A stretch of DNA of 64,000 nt, from assembly GCA_021776795.1 (NCBI GenBank), contig JAJFFC010000012.1:174724-238723 (forward strand), read 5' to 3'. The position numbers were made by a program, and so were the translations under genes. The stretch comes from Planctomycetota bacterium (GTDB lineage: Bacteria; Planctomycetota; UBA1135). Under the pieces are notes generated by a model that saw only the letters and a program-made list of their open reading frames with translations, made no database searches and had not been told where the DNA came from. Shown here one piece after another: positions 1 to 9,243 of this stretch (position 1 is the first letter of the stretch; the number at the start of each line of letters is the position of its first letter).

Positions 1-18
1 CCTTTAGGAGTTCACACA

Positions 19-273
19 ATGGCATCCCGTCGTCGTAACGCAAAGGCCGCCGCGCCTGCCAAAGGCAAGAAGGGGGCGAAAGCCGCTAAGCCTAAGAAGA
101 CCAAGCAGCCGAAGCAGGCCAAAGAAATCAAACCGGGTCCTCCGGTGGAAGTGGTTGCCGTGATCTTGACCGGTGTCATGCTCATTGCCGCTGTGGTGAT
201 GCTCGACTATGTCAAGGGCACCAAGTACGGCACTGGCATGTTCTTTGCCGGTTCCTACGAGGCCAACTCCTAA
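19..273 (+). CDS. small Lys/Ala-rich protein with one C-terminal transmembrane helix (hypothetical)
   Basis: 84-aa ORF. TAGGAG Shine-Dalgarno at 5-10, 8 nt before the ATG. Basic tail KAAAPAKGKKGAKAAKPKKTKQPKQAK followed by hydrophobic VVAVILTGVMLIAAVVML. A strong terminator follows. Confidence 0.5.
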   Translation: MASRRRNAKAAAPAKGKKGAKAAKPKKTKQPKQAKEIKPGPPVEVVAVILTGVMLIAAVVMLDYVKGTKYGTGMFFAGSYEANS

Positions 274-305
274 GTCTTCCCGACCGCTCGGCCCCGCGCC
301 GACCA

Positions 306-340
306 CAGGGCCGCTCTCTTCTGAGAGCGGCCCTGTTTTC
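306..340 (+). terminator. rho-independent terminator
   Basis: Perfect 13-bp stem CAGGGCCGCTCTC (306-318) / GAGAGCGGCCCTG (323-335), TTCT loop, then TTTTC. Confidence 0.75.
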
Positions 341-401
341 TATCCCGCCGACTCCCTATACTGCGCGCTAGGACGTCACTTCTGATGTCCAACGTTTTGT
401 C

Positions 402-1454
402 ATGAACTGGTTGTTCCGTCGCTTCTCCTTGTCGGAGGATCTCGGCATTGACCTCGGCACCGCCAATACCTTGGTGGCGTCGCAGGATCGCGGCATCATT
501 TTGAATGAGCCGTCCGTGGTCGCTGTATACAAGGGCACCAACGAAGTCATCCTCGATGGCATGGGCGTCGGCAACGAAGCCTATCGTATGCTCGGCAAAA
601 CCCCGACCAACATCGAAGCGGTGCGTCCCATGAAGGGCGGAGTGATTGCCGACTTCGAAATTACCGAAAAGCTTCTGCGCTACTTTTTGCGCAAAGCTCA
701 CGAAGGCTCCGGTTGGGTGCGCCCGCGCGTGGTTATTTCGGTGCCCTCGGGTATCACCACGGTGGAGCGTCGCGCGGTAATCAACTCGGCCGAACGTGCT
801 GGTGCACGCAAGGTCTACTTAGTCGATGAACCCATGGCCGGTGGCTTGGGCGTGAGCCTGCCGATTACCGAAGCCCAGGGTTCGATGATCGTCGACATCG
901 GTGGCGGTACTACCGAAGTCGCGATTTTGGCTTTGGGTGGTCCTGTCACTGTGAAGTCGGTCAAGATTGCCGGCGACAACATGGACGACGCCATCGTCGA
1001 CTTCATCCGCAAAATGCACAACTTGCAGATTGGTCCGCAAACGGCCGAGTTGTTGAAGAAAACCATTGGCTCAGCTTGGGCCTTGGATGAAGAAAAAACC
1101 TTGGAAGTTGCTGGTCGCGACACCCTCAACCTGATGCCGCGCAAAGCCATCATCAACTCCGAGGAAATTCGTGAAGCTCTCGACGACCCACTTCGTGGCA
1201 TCATGCGCACGGTTTTGGATTGTCTGGAAATGGCCCCTCCGGAAATCGGTTCTGACTTGCTGGAGCAAGGCATTACGGTGGTTGGTGGTGGCGCCTTGTT
1301 GCCTGGTTTAGATCAGTACATCAGCAAGAACACCGGTTTGCCTTGTGCCATCGACAAGGAGCCATTAACGGCGGTGGCGCGTGGCACCGCCAAGTTCCTC
1401 GAAGACCTCGACCTGTACGCCTCCTTCCTGTCGGATGGGGAAGACCTGGTCTGA
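402..1454 (+). CDS. mreB: rod shape-determining actin homologue MreB
   Basis: 350 aa. DLGIDLGTANTLV phosphate-1 motif, VISVPSGITTVERRAV, MIVDIGGGTTEVAI. Followed by mreC/mreD/PBP2/rodA. Confidence 0.95.
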   Translation: MNWLFRRFSLSEDLGIDLGTANTLVASQDRGIILNEPSVVAVYKGTNEVILDGMGVGNEAYRMLGKTPTNIEAVRPMKGGVIADFEITEKLLRYFLRKAHEGSGWVRPRVVISVPSGITTVERRAVINSAERAGARKVYLVDEPMAGGLGVSLPITEAQGSMIVDIGGGTTEVAILALGGPVTVKSVKIAGDNMDDAIVDFIRKMHNLQIGPQTAELLKKTIGSAWALDEEKTLEVAGRDTLNLMPRKAIINSEEIREALDDPLRGIMRTVLDCLEMAPPEIGSDLLEQGITVVGGGALLPGLDQYISKNTGLPCAIDKEPLTAVARGTAKFLEDLDLYASFLSDGEDLV

Positions 1455-1466
1455 TCGGCAGGCTTC

Positions 1467-2648
1467 ATGAAGCTGCTGCCGACGGCAACCCGCAGCCGTC
1501 GTCTGCTATTTGGCTCAGTCCTGCTGGCGGCGACTTTGCTCCAGGCGTGGGCGCCGCAACCCACCGTTACCGCCGCCCTGCAGCCCCTTGAGGCGCTATT
1601 CACGCCGGTGACCGCAGCTTCTGGTTGGCTACAGCAAGGCCTGCAGCCGACCGAGGAGCAGCGCCCGCCACAGCTGTCGCCGTCCTTAGGCAATGAGCTG
1701 GGCGCGCTGGAGCGCATGCTCGGAAGACCACGCGGAATTGGCGGCATGGTTTGGCTCGAGACCCCGGTATTGCGCGCCGATCCCACGCGCCATCAAATCG
1801 AGATTCTGGCTGACCCCGCCTTGGCCTTGGCACCAGGGATGCCGGTCGCCTTCGGCAGTCATTACCTCGGCCGTTTGGAATCGGTGCAAGATGGCATCGG
1901 CGTGGTGCGGACTTGGCACGGTGCCGACGTACGTACCGGCTTGGCTTGGGAAAACGAACAAGGCCGACGTGTGCGCGGAGTGGCATTAGGCCGAGGCGCT
2001 GGTGGGGAGGCTGTGGTGCAGTGGATGGCCGAGGAGCAAGATCTGCGCGAAGGTGCCACCGTGTGGTGGCGACCGCGTCCCGATGAACCCCCGCAACTCT
2101 TAGATGCCGACTTGCAACTTGGATCCCTGGCACCAACAGGCGACGCGACACGAGGAAGTCAGCTCTGGGTACTACAGGGGCAATTCCCAGCGGGTGCCGA
2201 GGGCCGGGTTTTTCTGGCTGCTGGTGCCGTCGCCGAAAGCTTGGTGGCTGAAGCGCCGGTGCGCGAGTCGTCGGCTGCGCTGTTGCTCCGTGCCGATGCC
2301 GTGTTCGGTGATGCCTGGGCCTGCTTCCAGCCACACCGCGGTGAGAGCTACCGAGTTCTCACCGGTGGCGAAGTCGTGCTCGGGCGAGTGCGCCAGGAGC
2401 GCGGCCAGCGCATGTGGGTCAAGCGCGAAAATCTCTCAGCTTGGGGAGATGACGCCGTGTTGGTGCAAGAAGCGCAGCTCTTGAGTCATGAAGAAGCAGA
2501 GGCTGCCGCAGCGGAGGGACGCTGGTGCACCCGCGGCATGCAGGGAGTGCCGCGTGGACTTTGGCTGGGCGAGCCAAACACGCCCGCCCAAGGCTGGCCC
2601 GCACCTTATCGAGTATGGGCTAAAGACTCGGGAGTCCGTTCGCCATGA
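1467..2648 (+). CDS. mreC: MreC-like rod-shape protein (divergent)
   Basis: 393 aa. N-terminal anchor RRLLFGSVLLAATLLQAW, then a Gly/Val-rich beta region. Lies between mreB and mreD and its stop overlaps the mreD ATG (ATGA at 2645-2648). The call rests mainly on position. Confidence 0.6.
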   Translation: MKLLPTATRSRRLLFGSVLLAATLLQAWAPQPTVTAALQPLEALFTPVTAASGWLQQGLQPTEEQRPPQLSPSLGNELGALERMLGRPRGIGGMVWLETPVLRADPTRHQIEILADPALALAPGMPVAFGSHYLGRLESVQDGIGVVRTWHGADVRTGLAWENEQGRRVRGVALGRGAGGEAVVQWMAEEQDLREGATVWWRPRPDEPPQLLDADLQLGSLAPTGDATRGSQLWVLQGQFPAGAEGRVFLAAGAVAESLVAEAPVRESSAALLLRADAVFGDAWACFQPHRGESYRVLTGGEVVLGRVRQERGQRMWVKRENLSAWGDDAVLVQEAQLLSHEEAEAAAAEGRWCTRGMQGVPRGLWLGEPNTPAQGWPAPYRVWAKDSGVRSP

Positions 2649-3142
2649 ACCGATTGGCGATTCGCTGGAGGGTGATGCTCCCGGTGCTCTTGCTCCTGAC
2701 GATTTTGGCGCCAAGTTTGCGTCTTCTTCCTGGCGGCGCGTACCTTCCCGATTTATGGTTGCTAGCTGTGCTGTTTTTGACCTCACCGCCGCCAACCCCG
2801 GCTTGGCGCCAAGCCGCGTTGTTGCTGGTGGTGGCAGGTTTGCTGCGCGGAAGTGTGACTGCAGTTGCGCCCCCGGTCGCCTGGGCAGGCTTCGCACTCG
2901 CTTTGCTTTTGCGAGACCTACTCTTCCGCCGGTTGCGTGACGATTTATGGCTGATGCGGCTTCTCACCGGATTTGCCGCAGCTTTACCTTTGGCTTTGCT
3001 CGATTTTCGTGAGGGCTTGCGCCTAGGTGCCGAGGTGGACCTCGAAGTGTTCCTATGGCGCGCTGCACTCTGTGCCCTATGTTGGGCTCTATTGCGGCGT
3101 CCGCCTCGTTTCACGCAGTGGGTTTCCGGAGCGCGCCGATGA
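2645..3142 (+). CDS. mreD: MreD-like polytopic membrane protein
   Basis: 165 aa, very hydrophobic and Leu-rich with 4-5 predicted helices. Position between mreC and PBP2. ATGA overlaps at both ends. Confidence 0.6.
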   Translation: MNRLAIRWRVMLPVLLLLTILAPSLRLLPGGAYLPDLWLLAVLFLTSPPPTPAWRQAALLLVVAGLLRGSVTAVAPPVAWAGFALALLLRDLLFRRLRDDLWLMRLLTGFAAALPLALLDFREGLRLGAEVDLEVFLWRAALCALCWALLRRPPRFTQWVSGARR

Positions 3143-5763
3143 GGGTCGAACGCCTCAAGAACTTGGCCTGGATCTTCGCCCTTTTCGTGGTGGTCCTGAT
3201 TGCCCGTCTATTCCAGTTGCAGGTTCTGCAGGCGGAACGATGGGAACGCGAAGCGCGGATATCGCGTTTAGAGAAGGCCACCCTGCCTTTCCGTCGTGGG
3301 CGCATATTGGATCGACATGGTGTGGTCCTGGCCGTGGACCGCCCTTCTTATGATCTTTATTTTCGCTACCGCGATTTCCGCCGCGGCCATATCTACGGCC
3401 AGCTGTTGGAATCTTTGTTGTTACGTGGTTTTGAAGTCGAGGGCGGCTTGGTGGCTGTGGCCAACCAAGGTGAAGCCTATGGCGAAGCGTTGTTACAGTT
3501 GAGCGGCAGCGACTTAATGCAAATGTCCAGTCGCACCCGAGGGGACTTCTTGTTCTATCTGGAAGGTGCATGCCAAGTAGAGCGGGGTCCATTGCGTGAC
3601 CAGTTGCGCGCCTTGGTCGAAGCGGGCGATCCACGCAGCCTAGTGCAAGCTCTGCCGCAATTGCGTGATCAACTGTATCAAGCATTGGCCCAAGCTGGCC
3701 GATCGTGGCATATTTTGGAACGTACCCTTGGTCCGGAATGGACGGGATTGTTATTGACCAAGTTGGAAGAACGTCGGCGCACCCTAGACCTGATGGTCAG
3801 CCGTGCTGTAGTGCAATCGGCAGCTGCTCGCGCCTTGGACCAAAGCCCCTCTTCGCTGCGGCGCTTACTGGCTCAGGTTCCGCTTAGTGAAGAGCCCACG
3901 TCGGCGCGGGTTGCCGTTACAGAGCTGATGCAGCGCTGGCAACTCGATGGCTACAACACCGATTTTTCCGAGCTGCTATTGGCGCGCCGGGAGGACGCTC
4001 CAGAGCGCAATCCTCAGGCCTGGTTACCCGGGCTGCGCGCATTGGAAGCCCATGTGCGGCAAGTGATGCCCACAGACATCGCAGGTTTGCGCAAGCAGGA
4101 AACACAACGCATCCACCATTTACGCGTGGTGAGTTTGGTGCGCGACCTGAACTTCGACCAAGTAGATTTGCTAGCCCAGCAAGCTAAGGTTTACCCTGGC
4201 TTGTACCTGCAAAATATTACGCGCCGTTTGTACCCCGAGCAGTTGCAGCCCTTGCTTTTGGGTTCGGTGCGCTTGCCTTCGGCCGACGACCTCGCCAATC
4301 TGAGTGAAGATCGCAACCGTTATGCCGAACTTGGGCGCATGTTCTATCGCAGTCCCGCCGAGGAAGCGGAGTTTCGGCAGTTGCAACACCGCCAGCTCAG
4401 TAATGCCCTGCGCCCAGATGAATCCAAAGGTGCCGACGGCGTGGAGCTGGTGTATGAAAAGGTGTTGCGCGGGCAGCGCGGGTATTTGCAGTTGCTCAAA
4501 GGCGGCGATGAAGGCCTAGAGCCCTTGGAACTACAGTTCTTCTCGCCTCAGGATGGTGCCGACGTCGTCCTTGCTCTAGACGCGGCCTTGGAAAAAGATG
4601 CACAGCTTTCCATTGCGCGGGTGTATCAGCAAACCTTGGCCACCTTGCGCGAGTTGTGGCCCAACGGTCCCGAACCCAGAGCCTTCCGTCCGGACTTTCC
4701 CAAGGTGGGCATGGTGCTGATGGATTTAGAGAATGGCGAAACCCCACTCTTAACCTCGGTGCCTACGATTTCGCGCCTAGAGGTGCGGGAGCAATGGAAT
4801 GACCTCGCTTCCATGAAGCAAGGCAGTCCTTTGCGCCAACGCGCCATCGGCGGGGGCTTCCACCTTCCAGAAACGCCGTACCCGGGGTCCACCTTTAAGG
4901 CGGTGACCGCTGCCGCTGCCTTGGACTTTGATCCAGGTTTGTGGGATCGAGCATACGAATGTTTGGGTGCCTATTCGCCCTTTGCCAATGCCAAGCCGCT
5001 CCATTGCGATGCTCGCTATGGCCACAATGTCATCACCATGCGCGACGCCCTGAAGAAGTCGTGCAACATCTACTTCTATAAGTTGGCCGAAGAAATCGGC
5101 GCAGAGGTTCTGGAGAGTTACTCACGTCGCCTTGGCTTTGGTCACGCCACCGGCATTGAGTTGGTGCGCGAGTTGCCGCCCGAAGAAGAAGGCGGTCCGT
5201 CACGGTGGGTAGGAAGCACCGGTTTGGAGCGCGGGGTCAATCGTCTTTCCAGCGCCGAAGACATGAGCCGCGACCGTTACTTGCTCATGCGTGTGGCCAT
5301 CGGCCAGCAAGGCATTCAGGCCAGCCCGTTGCAGATGGCGCGTTTCTACGCCTGGCTTGCTACAGGCAAGCTCTATCAGCCGCGCTTGGTGCGCCAGGGT
5401 GCAGGTGCTTCGCCTGCCATGCAGCCAGTCGATGTCCCGGTGCTGGCAGAGCGCGATCGTCGCCGCATCATTGATGCCTTGAGTGCGGTGTGCGAAGAGC
5501 GTGGAGGCACTGCCCACCTCACCGGCTTTCCTTCCTCTTGGGGAATCGTCGGCAAGACGGGCACCGCGCAGATTCGCCAGGCGGAAAACCCGATTCCCAC
5601 CCATGCCTGGTTTACAGGTTTCTTCCCGCGCGACAACCCGCGCTACGCCTTTGCCGTCTTGTGTGAGAACACAGGCCTTCACGGCGGACAGATTGCCAGC
5701 TTTGTGCTGAAGGACTTCTTGGAAAGCGAATCTGGTCAAGCACTATTAGGGGTGGAGCAGTGA
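3139..5763 (+). CDS. mrdA: penicillin-binding protein 2 (elongasome transpeptidase) with a large N-terminal insertion
   Basis: Start chosen at ATG 3139 (ATGA overlap with the mreD stop); the ORF track extends to 3055. TM anchor LAWIFALFVVVLIARL, RGRILDRHGVVLA, and active-site motifs STFK, SCN and KTGTA. 874 aa versus roughly 630 for typical PBP2. Confidence 0.9.
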   Translation: MRVERLKNLAWIFALFVVVLIARLFQLQVLQAERWEREARISRLEKATLPFRRGRILDRHGVVLAVDRPSYDLYFRYRDFRRGHIYGQLLESLLLRGFEVEGGLVAVANQGEAYGEALLQLSGSDLMQMSSRTRGDFLFYLEGACQVERGPLRDQLRALVEAGDPRSLVQALPQLRDQLYQALAQAGRSWHILERTLGPEWTGLLLTKLEERRRTLDLMVSRAVVQSAAARALDQSPSSLRRLLAQVPLSEEPTSARVAVTELMQRWQLDGYNTDFSELLLARREDAPERNPQAWLPGLRALEAHVRQVMPTDIAGLRKQETQRIHHLRVVSLVRDLNFDQVDLLAQQAKVYPGLYLQNITRRLYPEQLQPLLLGSVRLPSADDLANLSEDRNRYAELGRMFYRSPAEEAEFRQLQHRQLSNALRPDESKGADGVELVYEKVLRGQRGYLQLLKGGDEGLEPLELQFFSPQDGADVVLALDAALEKDAQLSIARVYQQTLATLRELWPNGPEPRAFRPDFPKVGMVLMDLENGETPLLTSVPTISRLEVREQWNDLASMKQGSPLRQRAIGGGFHLPETPYPGSTFKAVTAAAALDFDPGLWDRAYECLGAYSPFANAKPLHCDARYGHNVITMRDALKKSCNIYFYKLAEEIGAEVLESYSRRLGFGHATGIELVRELPPEEEGGPSRWVGSTGLERGVNRLSSAEDMSRDRYLLMRVAIGQQGIQASPLQMARFYAWLATGKLYQPRLVRQGAGASPAMQPVDVPVLAERDRRRIIDALSAVCEERGGTAHLTGFPSSWGIVGKTGTAQIRQAENPIPTHAWFTGFFPRDNPRYAFAVLCENTGLHGGQIASFVLKDFLESESGQALLGVEQ

Positions 5764-6899
5764 GATTAGGCCCCAACCTATGGCAACGCAGCCGAGCCTT
5801 ATTGCGTCGGAGTTGCTGGCCGATGCTGCCCTTTTTGTTTGCCGTTTTGGGCATTGGATTGGCGGTGCAATGGAGCGTGACGCCTGACCAAAGCCTGCCC
5901 TCTGGACATGTCTTGCGCATCGCGGTCCTGGGCGTTTGCGCGGTCATTGCCATGCTCTATGGCGTACGACGTTGGCGTCGACATGCCTATTTCATCTATG
6001 CCGCCTCCCTGTTTTTGCTGGTGTTGGTGCTCATCGTAGGCCGCGAAACCAATAACTCACGGCGCTGGATTGATTTGTTCGCAGGATTCAAGCTGCAACC
6101 CTCCGAGTTCATGAAGCTGGCCCTGATCGTGGCGCTGTCGAAATGGTTTGCCGACCACCCGCGGCCGCGGGGGCTGCTCGACATTTGGAAGCCTGTCGCC
6201 ATGACTGCAGTCCCAGCGTTCTTGATTCTGATTGAACCTGACCTCGGTACCGCCCTGGTCTTCGCCCCGCTGCTCTTGGCCATGGTCTGGGTCGTCGGCT
6301 TGCCCAAGAAAAGCATGCGCTGGCTGGTGCTCCTGCCCGCATTAGTGGCCCCGGCCGGCTGGTTTTTCATTCAGGACTATCAGAAGGAGCGCATTCTGAC
6401 TTGGTGGCACCAGGACCAACTGACCGAGGCGGAGATTGCTGCCGAGGGCTATCACCTGTGGCATGCCAAGCTTGCTGTGGGCACAGGCGGACTTACGGGA
6501 TTTGGTTGGGGGGAGGGGCCAGAAAACCGCTTAGATCGCCTGCCCGAACGTCACAACGACTTTGTATTCCCGGTGATTGCCGAAGAGGGCGGCCTGCTTG
6601 GGGCAGGGTTGTTTGTTCTGCTCTATATGGGCATGTCGATGGCACTTCTGGGAGCTGCCTCGCGGCACCGCGATCCGTTCACTCGCTTTGTGCTTGCGGG
6701 CATCGGTAGCCACTTCTTGATTCACCTGATTTTGAATGCCGGAGTGACCATGGGGGTGTGGCCGACCACAGGCTTGCCACTGCCGCTGATTTCCTTTGGC
6801 GGGAGCTCGATGATTGTCTCCGGCTTGGCCTTGGGCCTGGCGCTCGCGGTTTCGGCGAATCGCGACCTGGTGCTTTCTTCGAAGGCCTTCGAAGCCTAG
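5760..6899 (+). CDS. rodA: SEDS glycosyltransferase RodA
   Basis: 379 aa polytopic protein. FKLQPSEFMKLALIVALSKWF and EPDLGTALVF are typical of the FtsW/RodA family. GTGA overlap with mrdA; the true start could instead be the internal Met (MLPFLF). Confidence 0.9.
   Translation: MRLGPNLWQRSRALLRRSCWPMLPFLFAVLGIGLAVQWSVTPDQSLPSGHVLRIAVLGVCAVIAMLYGVRRWRRHAYFIYAASLFLLVLVLIVGRETNNSRRWIDLFAGFKLQPSEFMKLALIVALSKWFADHPRPRGLLDIWKPVAMTAVPAFLILIEPDLGTALVFAPLLLAMVWVVGLPKKSMRWLVLLPALVAPAGWFFIQDYQKERILTWWHQDQLTEAEIAAEGYHLWHAKLAVGTGGLTGFGWGEGPENRLDRLPERHNDFVFPVIAEEGGLLGAGLFVLLYMGMSMALLGAASRHRDPFTRFVLAGIGSHFLIHLILNAGVTMGVWPTTGLPLPLISFGGSSMIVSGLALGLALAVSANRDLVLSSKAFEA
6877..6894. repeat. 18-nt perfect palindrome CTTCGAAGGCCTTCGAAG at the 3' end of rodA
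   Basis: Read directly. The reverse complement is identical. Its centre lies about 40 nt upstream of the TAGAAT hexamer preceding tdh. Confidence 0.6.
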
Positions 6900-6922
6900 C
6901 CTCGTTGGCGGTCAGGCTTCGC

Positions 6923-6928
6923 TAGAAT
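6923..6928 (+). promoter_or_regulatory. -10-like hexamer TAGAAT upstream of tdh
   Basis: TAGAAT lies 8 nt before the tdh ATG (6937). There is no Shine-Dalgarno in between and no convincing -35. Confidence 0.3.
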
Positions 6929-6936
6929 CATGGACG

Positions 6937-8010
6937 ATGCGTGCCATCCAGATGATTCGTCCCGAGGCCGGCGCGGCAGCCCTTGCCGACGACCTCGAGC
7001 CTCCGACACCCACGGCGGGGGAAGTGCGCGTCAAGGTGGCGCGTACGGCCATTTGTGGCACCGACCGCCATATTTTTCACTGGGACCCTTCAGTCACTCC
7101 CATGCTGCAGCCGCCGGTCATCATCGGCCACGAGTTCTGCGGCCATATTGAAAGTCTTGGCGAAGGCGTCGAAGGCTGGGAAGTCGGCGATTACGTGTCC
7201 GCCGAAATGCACCTGGTGTGTTGGCGTTGTCGCGCCTGCCGCGCGGGCAACCAACATGTGTGTGAGCGCACACGGATTGCCGGTCTGCACCGCGATGGTT
7301 GCTTTGCCGAATTTGTGGTGGTGCCGAGTACCAACTTGGTGCGACTCAATCCCGATGTCGTCAGCCCCGAAATCGGTTCCTTTTTAGATGCCCTCGGCAA
7401 CGCGGTGCATACCGTGCAATCCGCGACCAGCATTGCCGGGCGTCATGTGCTCGTGTCTGGCTACGGTGCGATTGGCGCCATGGCCGCCGCAGTCGTGGCC
7501 TTTGAAGGCGCCAAGAGCTTGACTATCACCGAGGTCGCTCCCGGCCACTTGGAGCGCGCGCGCAAATGGGCGAATGGGCTTGGTAGCAAAGTGCCCATCC
7601 ACATCCTCGATCCGCAGGATGAAGGCCCGCATTTGGTGCAGGAAATTCGCGATCGCACCGATGGCGGTGTCGATGTCGTGCTCGAAATGTCGGGTGCGCC
7701 AATCGCGATCCAATCCTGCATGAGTGCGCTGTACCCCGGTGGGGAAATGATGCAGCTCGGCATTCCCTCGGGTTCTGGTTTGGAACTTCCTCAGTTTTCC
7801 CAAGACTTCATCTTCCGCGGGCTGCGCTGGCAGGGCATTTTGGGCCGCCGCATGTTCGCGACCTGGGAAGAAATGCTCTCCCTGCTCGAGCGCGGGCTCA
7901 AGTTGGATCACATTGTGACTCACCGCATGCCGCTCGACGGCTTCCATGAAGGCATCGCACTATTGGATCGCGCGGAAGCCCATAAAGTCGTGTTAGACCC
8001 CTCTGCTTAA
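6937..8010 (+). CDS. tdh: L-threonine 3-dehydrogenase (Zn-dependent MDR family)
   Basis: 357 aa from ATG 6937 (the ORF extends to 6814 but that part overlaps rodA). [35 protein letters not shown] and [10 protein letters not shown] closely parallel E. coli Tdh. Confidence 0.9.
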   Translation: MRAIQMIRPEAGAAALADDLEPPTPTAGEVRVKVARTAICGTDRHIFHWDPSVTPMLQPPVIIGHEFCGHIESLGEGVEGWEVGDYVSAEMHLVCWRCRACRAGNQHVCERTRIAGLHRDGCFAEFVVVPSTNLVRLNPDVVSPEIGSFLDALGNAVHTVQSATSIAGRHVLVSGYGAIGAMAAAVVAFEGAKSLTITEVAPGHLERARKWANGLGSKVPIHILDPQDEGPHLVQEIRDRTDGGVDVVLEMSGAPIAIQSCMSALYPGGEMMQLGIPSGSGLELPQFSQDFIFRGLRWQGILGRRMFATWEEMLSLLERGLKLDHIVTHRMPLDGFHEGIALLDRAEAHKVVLDPSA

Positions 8011-8015
8011 TTGAA

Positions 8016-9242
8016 ATGAGTGACTCCTCCGTAGGCGCCGCATCCGGCCGACAAGCTTTCCTCGACGGCATCGCCGCCGAACTCCAAGAAATCCGCGACG
8101 CAGGGCTGTGGAAGGAAGAGCGCGTCATCACCACCCCCCAAGACGCGGCAATTCGCGTGGCGAGCGGCAAAGAGGTCCTCAACTTTTGCGCGAACAATTA
8201 CCTTGGCCTGTCCGATGACCCGGCGTTGATTGCAGCCGCACGCGATTGCCTGGACGAGCGCGGCTTTGGCATGTCTTCGGTGCGCTTCATTTGCGGCACC
8301 CAAGACATCCACAAGCAACTCGAAGAGAAGATCTCGACCTTCCTCGGCTTCGAGGACACCATTCTCTACACCAGCTGCTTCGACGCCAATGGCGGGTTAT
8401 ATGAAGTGCTACTGAGTCCAGAAGACGCAGTGGTTTCCGATTCATTGAACCATGCTTCGATCATCGATGGCGTGCGCTTGTGCAAGGCCAAACGCTTTCG
8501 CTACGCCAATAACGACATGGAAGATTTGGAGCGCTGCCTCAAGGAAGCTCGTGAAGGCGGGGCGCGCCGCATCTTGATTTCGACTGACGGCGTATTCTCG
8601 ATGGACGGGTACATCGCCAAATTGGATCAGGTGTGTGATCTCGCCGATCAATACGGCGCCTTGGTTCATGTCGATGATTCTCATTCCACTGGTTTCATGG
8701 GCAAGACCGGCCGCGGCACCCATGAACATTGTGGCGTGATGGGTCGCGTCGACATCATCACCAGTACCCTGGGCAAGGCCTTAGGCGGAGCGAGTGGCGG
8801 CTTTACTTGTGCGCCGAAGGTCATCGTCGATGCCTTGCGCAACCGTTCGCGCCCTTATCTGTTCTCGAACTCGGTGGCGCCGCCGATTGTTGCGGCAAGC
8901 ATTGCGGTGTTTGATCGTTTGTCCGCCACCACCGAATTGCGTGACCGCCTAGAAAGCAACACCGCGTTGTTTCGCAGCATGATGACCGAAGCCGGCTTCG
9001 CGATTAAGGAAGGCGTGCATCCCATCGTGCCGATCATGTTGGGCGACGCCCGCCTCGCCGCGGACTTGGCCAAGGATTTACTTGACGAGGGCATTTATGT
9101 CATCGGCTTCAGCTTCCCAGTGGTGCCGAAAGGGCAGGCGCGGATTCGGGTGCAGATTTCCGCGGGCCATAGCGAAGAACAGATTCGCTTCGCGGTGAAG
9201 GCATTCGTCAAGGTTGGGCGCGCCCACAAGGTCATCGACTGA
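8016..9242 (+). CDS. kbl: 2-amino-3-ketobutyrate CoA ligase (glycine C-acetyltransferase)
   Basis: 408 aa. [32 protein letters not shown] and [13 protein letters not shown] (PLP lysine region). Immediately downstream of tdh. Confidence 0.9.
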   Translation: MSDSSVGAASGRQAFLDGIAAELQEIRDAGLWKEERVITTPQDAAIRVASGKEVLNFCANNYLGLSDDPALIAAARDCLDERGFGMSSVRFICGTQDIHKQLEEKISTFLGFEDTILYTSCFDANGGLYEVLLSPEDAVVSDSLNHASIIDGVRLCKAKRFRYANNDMEDLERCLKEAREGGARRILISTDGVFSMDGYIAKLDQVCDLADQYGALVHVDDSHSTGFMGKTGRGTHEHCGVMGRVDIITSTLGKALGGASGGFTCAPKVIVDALRNRSRPYLFSNSVAPPIVAASIAVFDRLSATTELRDRLESNTALFRSMMTEAGFAIKEGVHPIVPIMLGDARLAADLAKDLLDEGIYVIGFSFPVVPKGQARIRVQISAGHSEEQIRFAVKAFVKVGRAHKVID

Positions 9243-9243
9243 T

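Noticed and set aside
3055-3138. N-terminal extensions offered by the ORF track: PBP2 from 3055, tdh from 6814, aacS from 9214, the PLP enzyme to 14917, the TPR gene to 23821, rpsO from 26813, the secretin from 30258, valS from 41267, BCCP from 54081 and mlaD to 61110.
   Set aside because: The extensions overlap the preceding gene or lack similarity to family N-termini. The downstream Met gives an ATGA-type overlap or abutment, a Shine-Dalgarno, or a proper signal peptide or family N-terminus.
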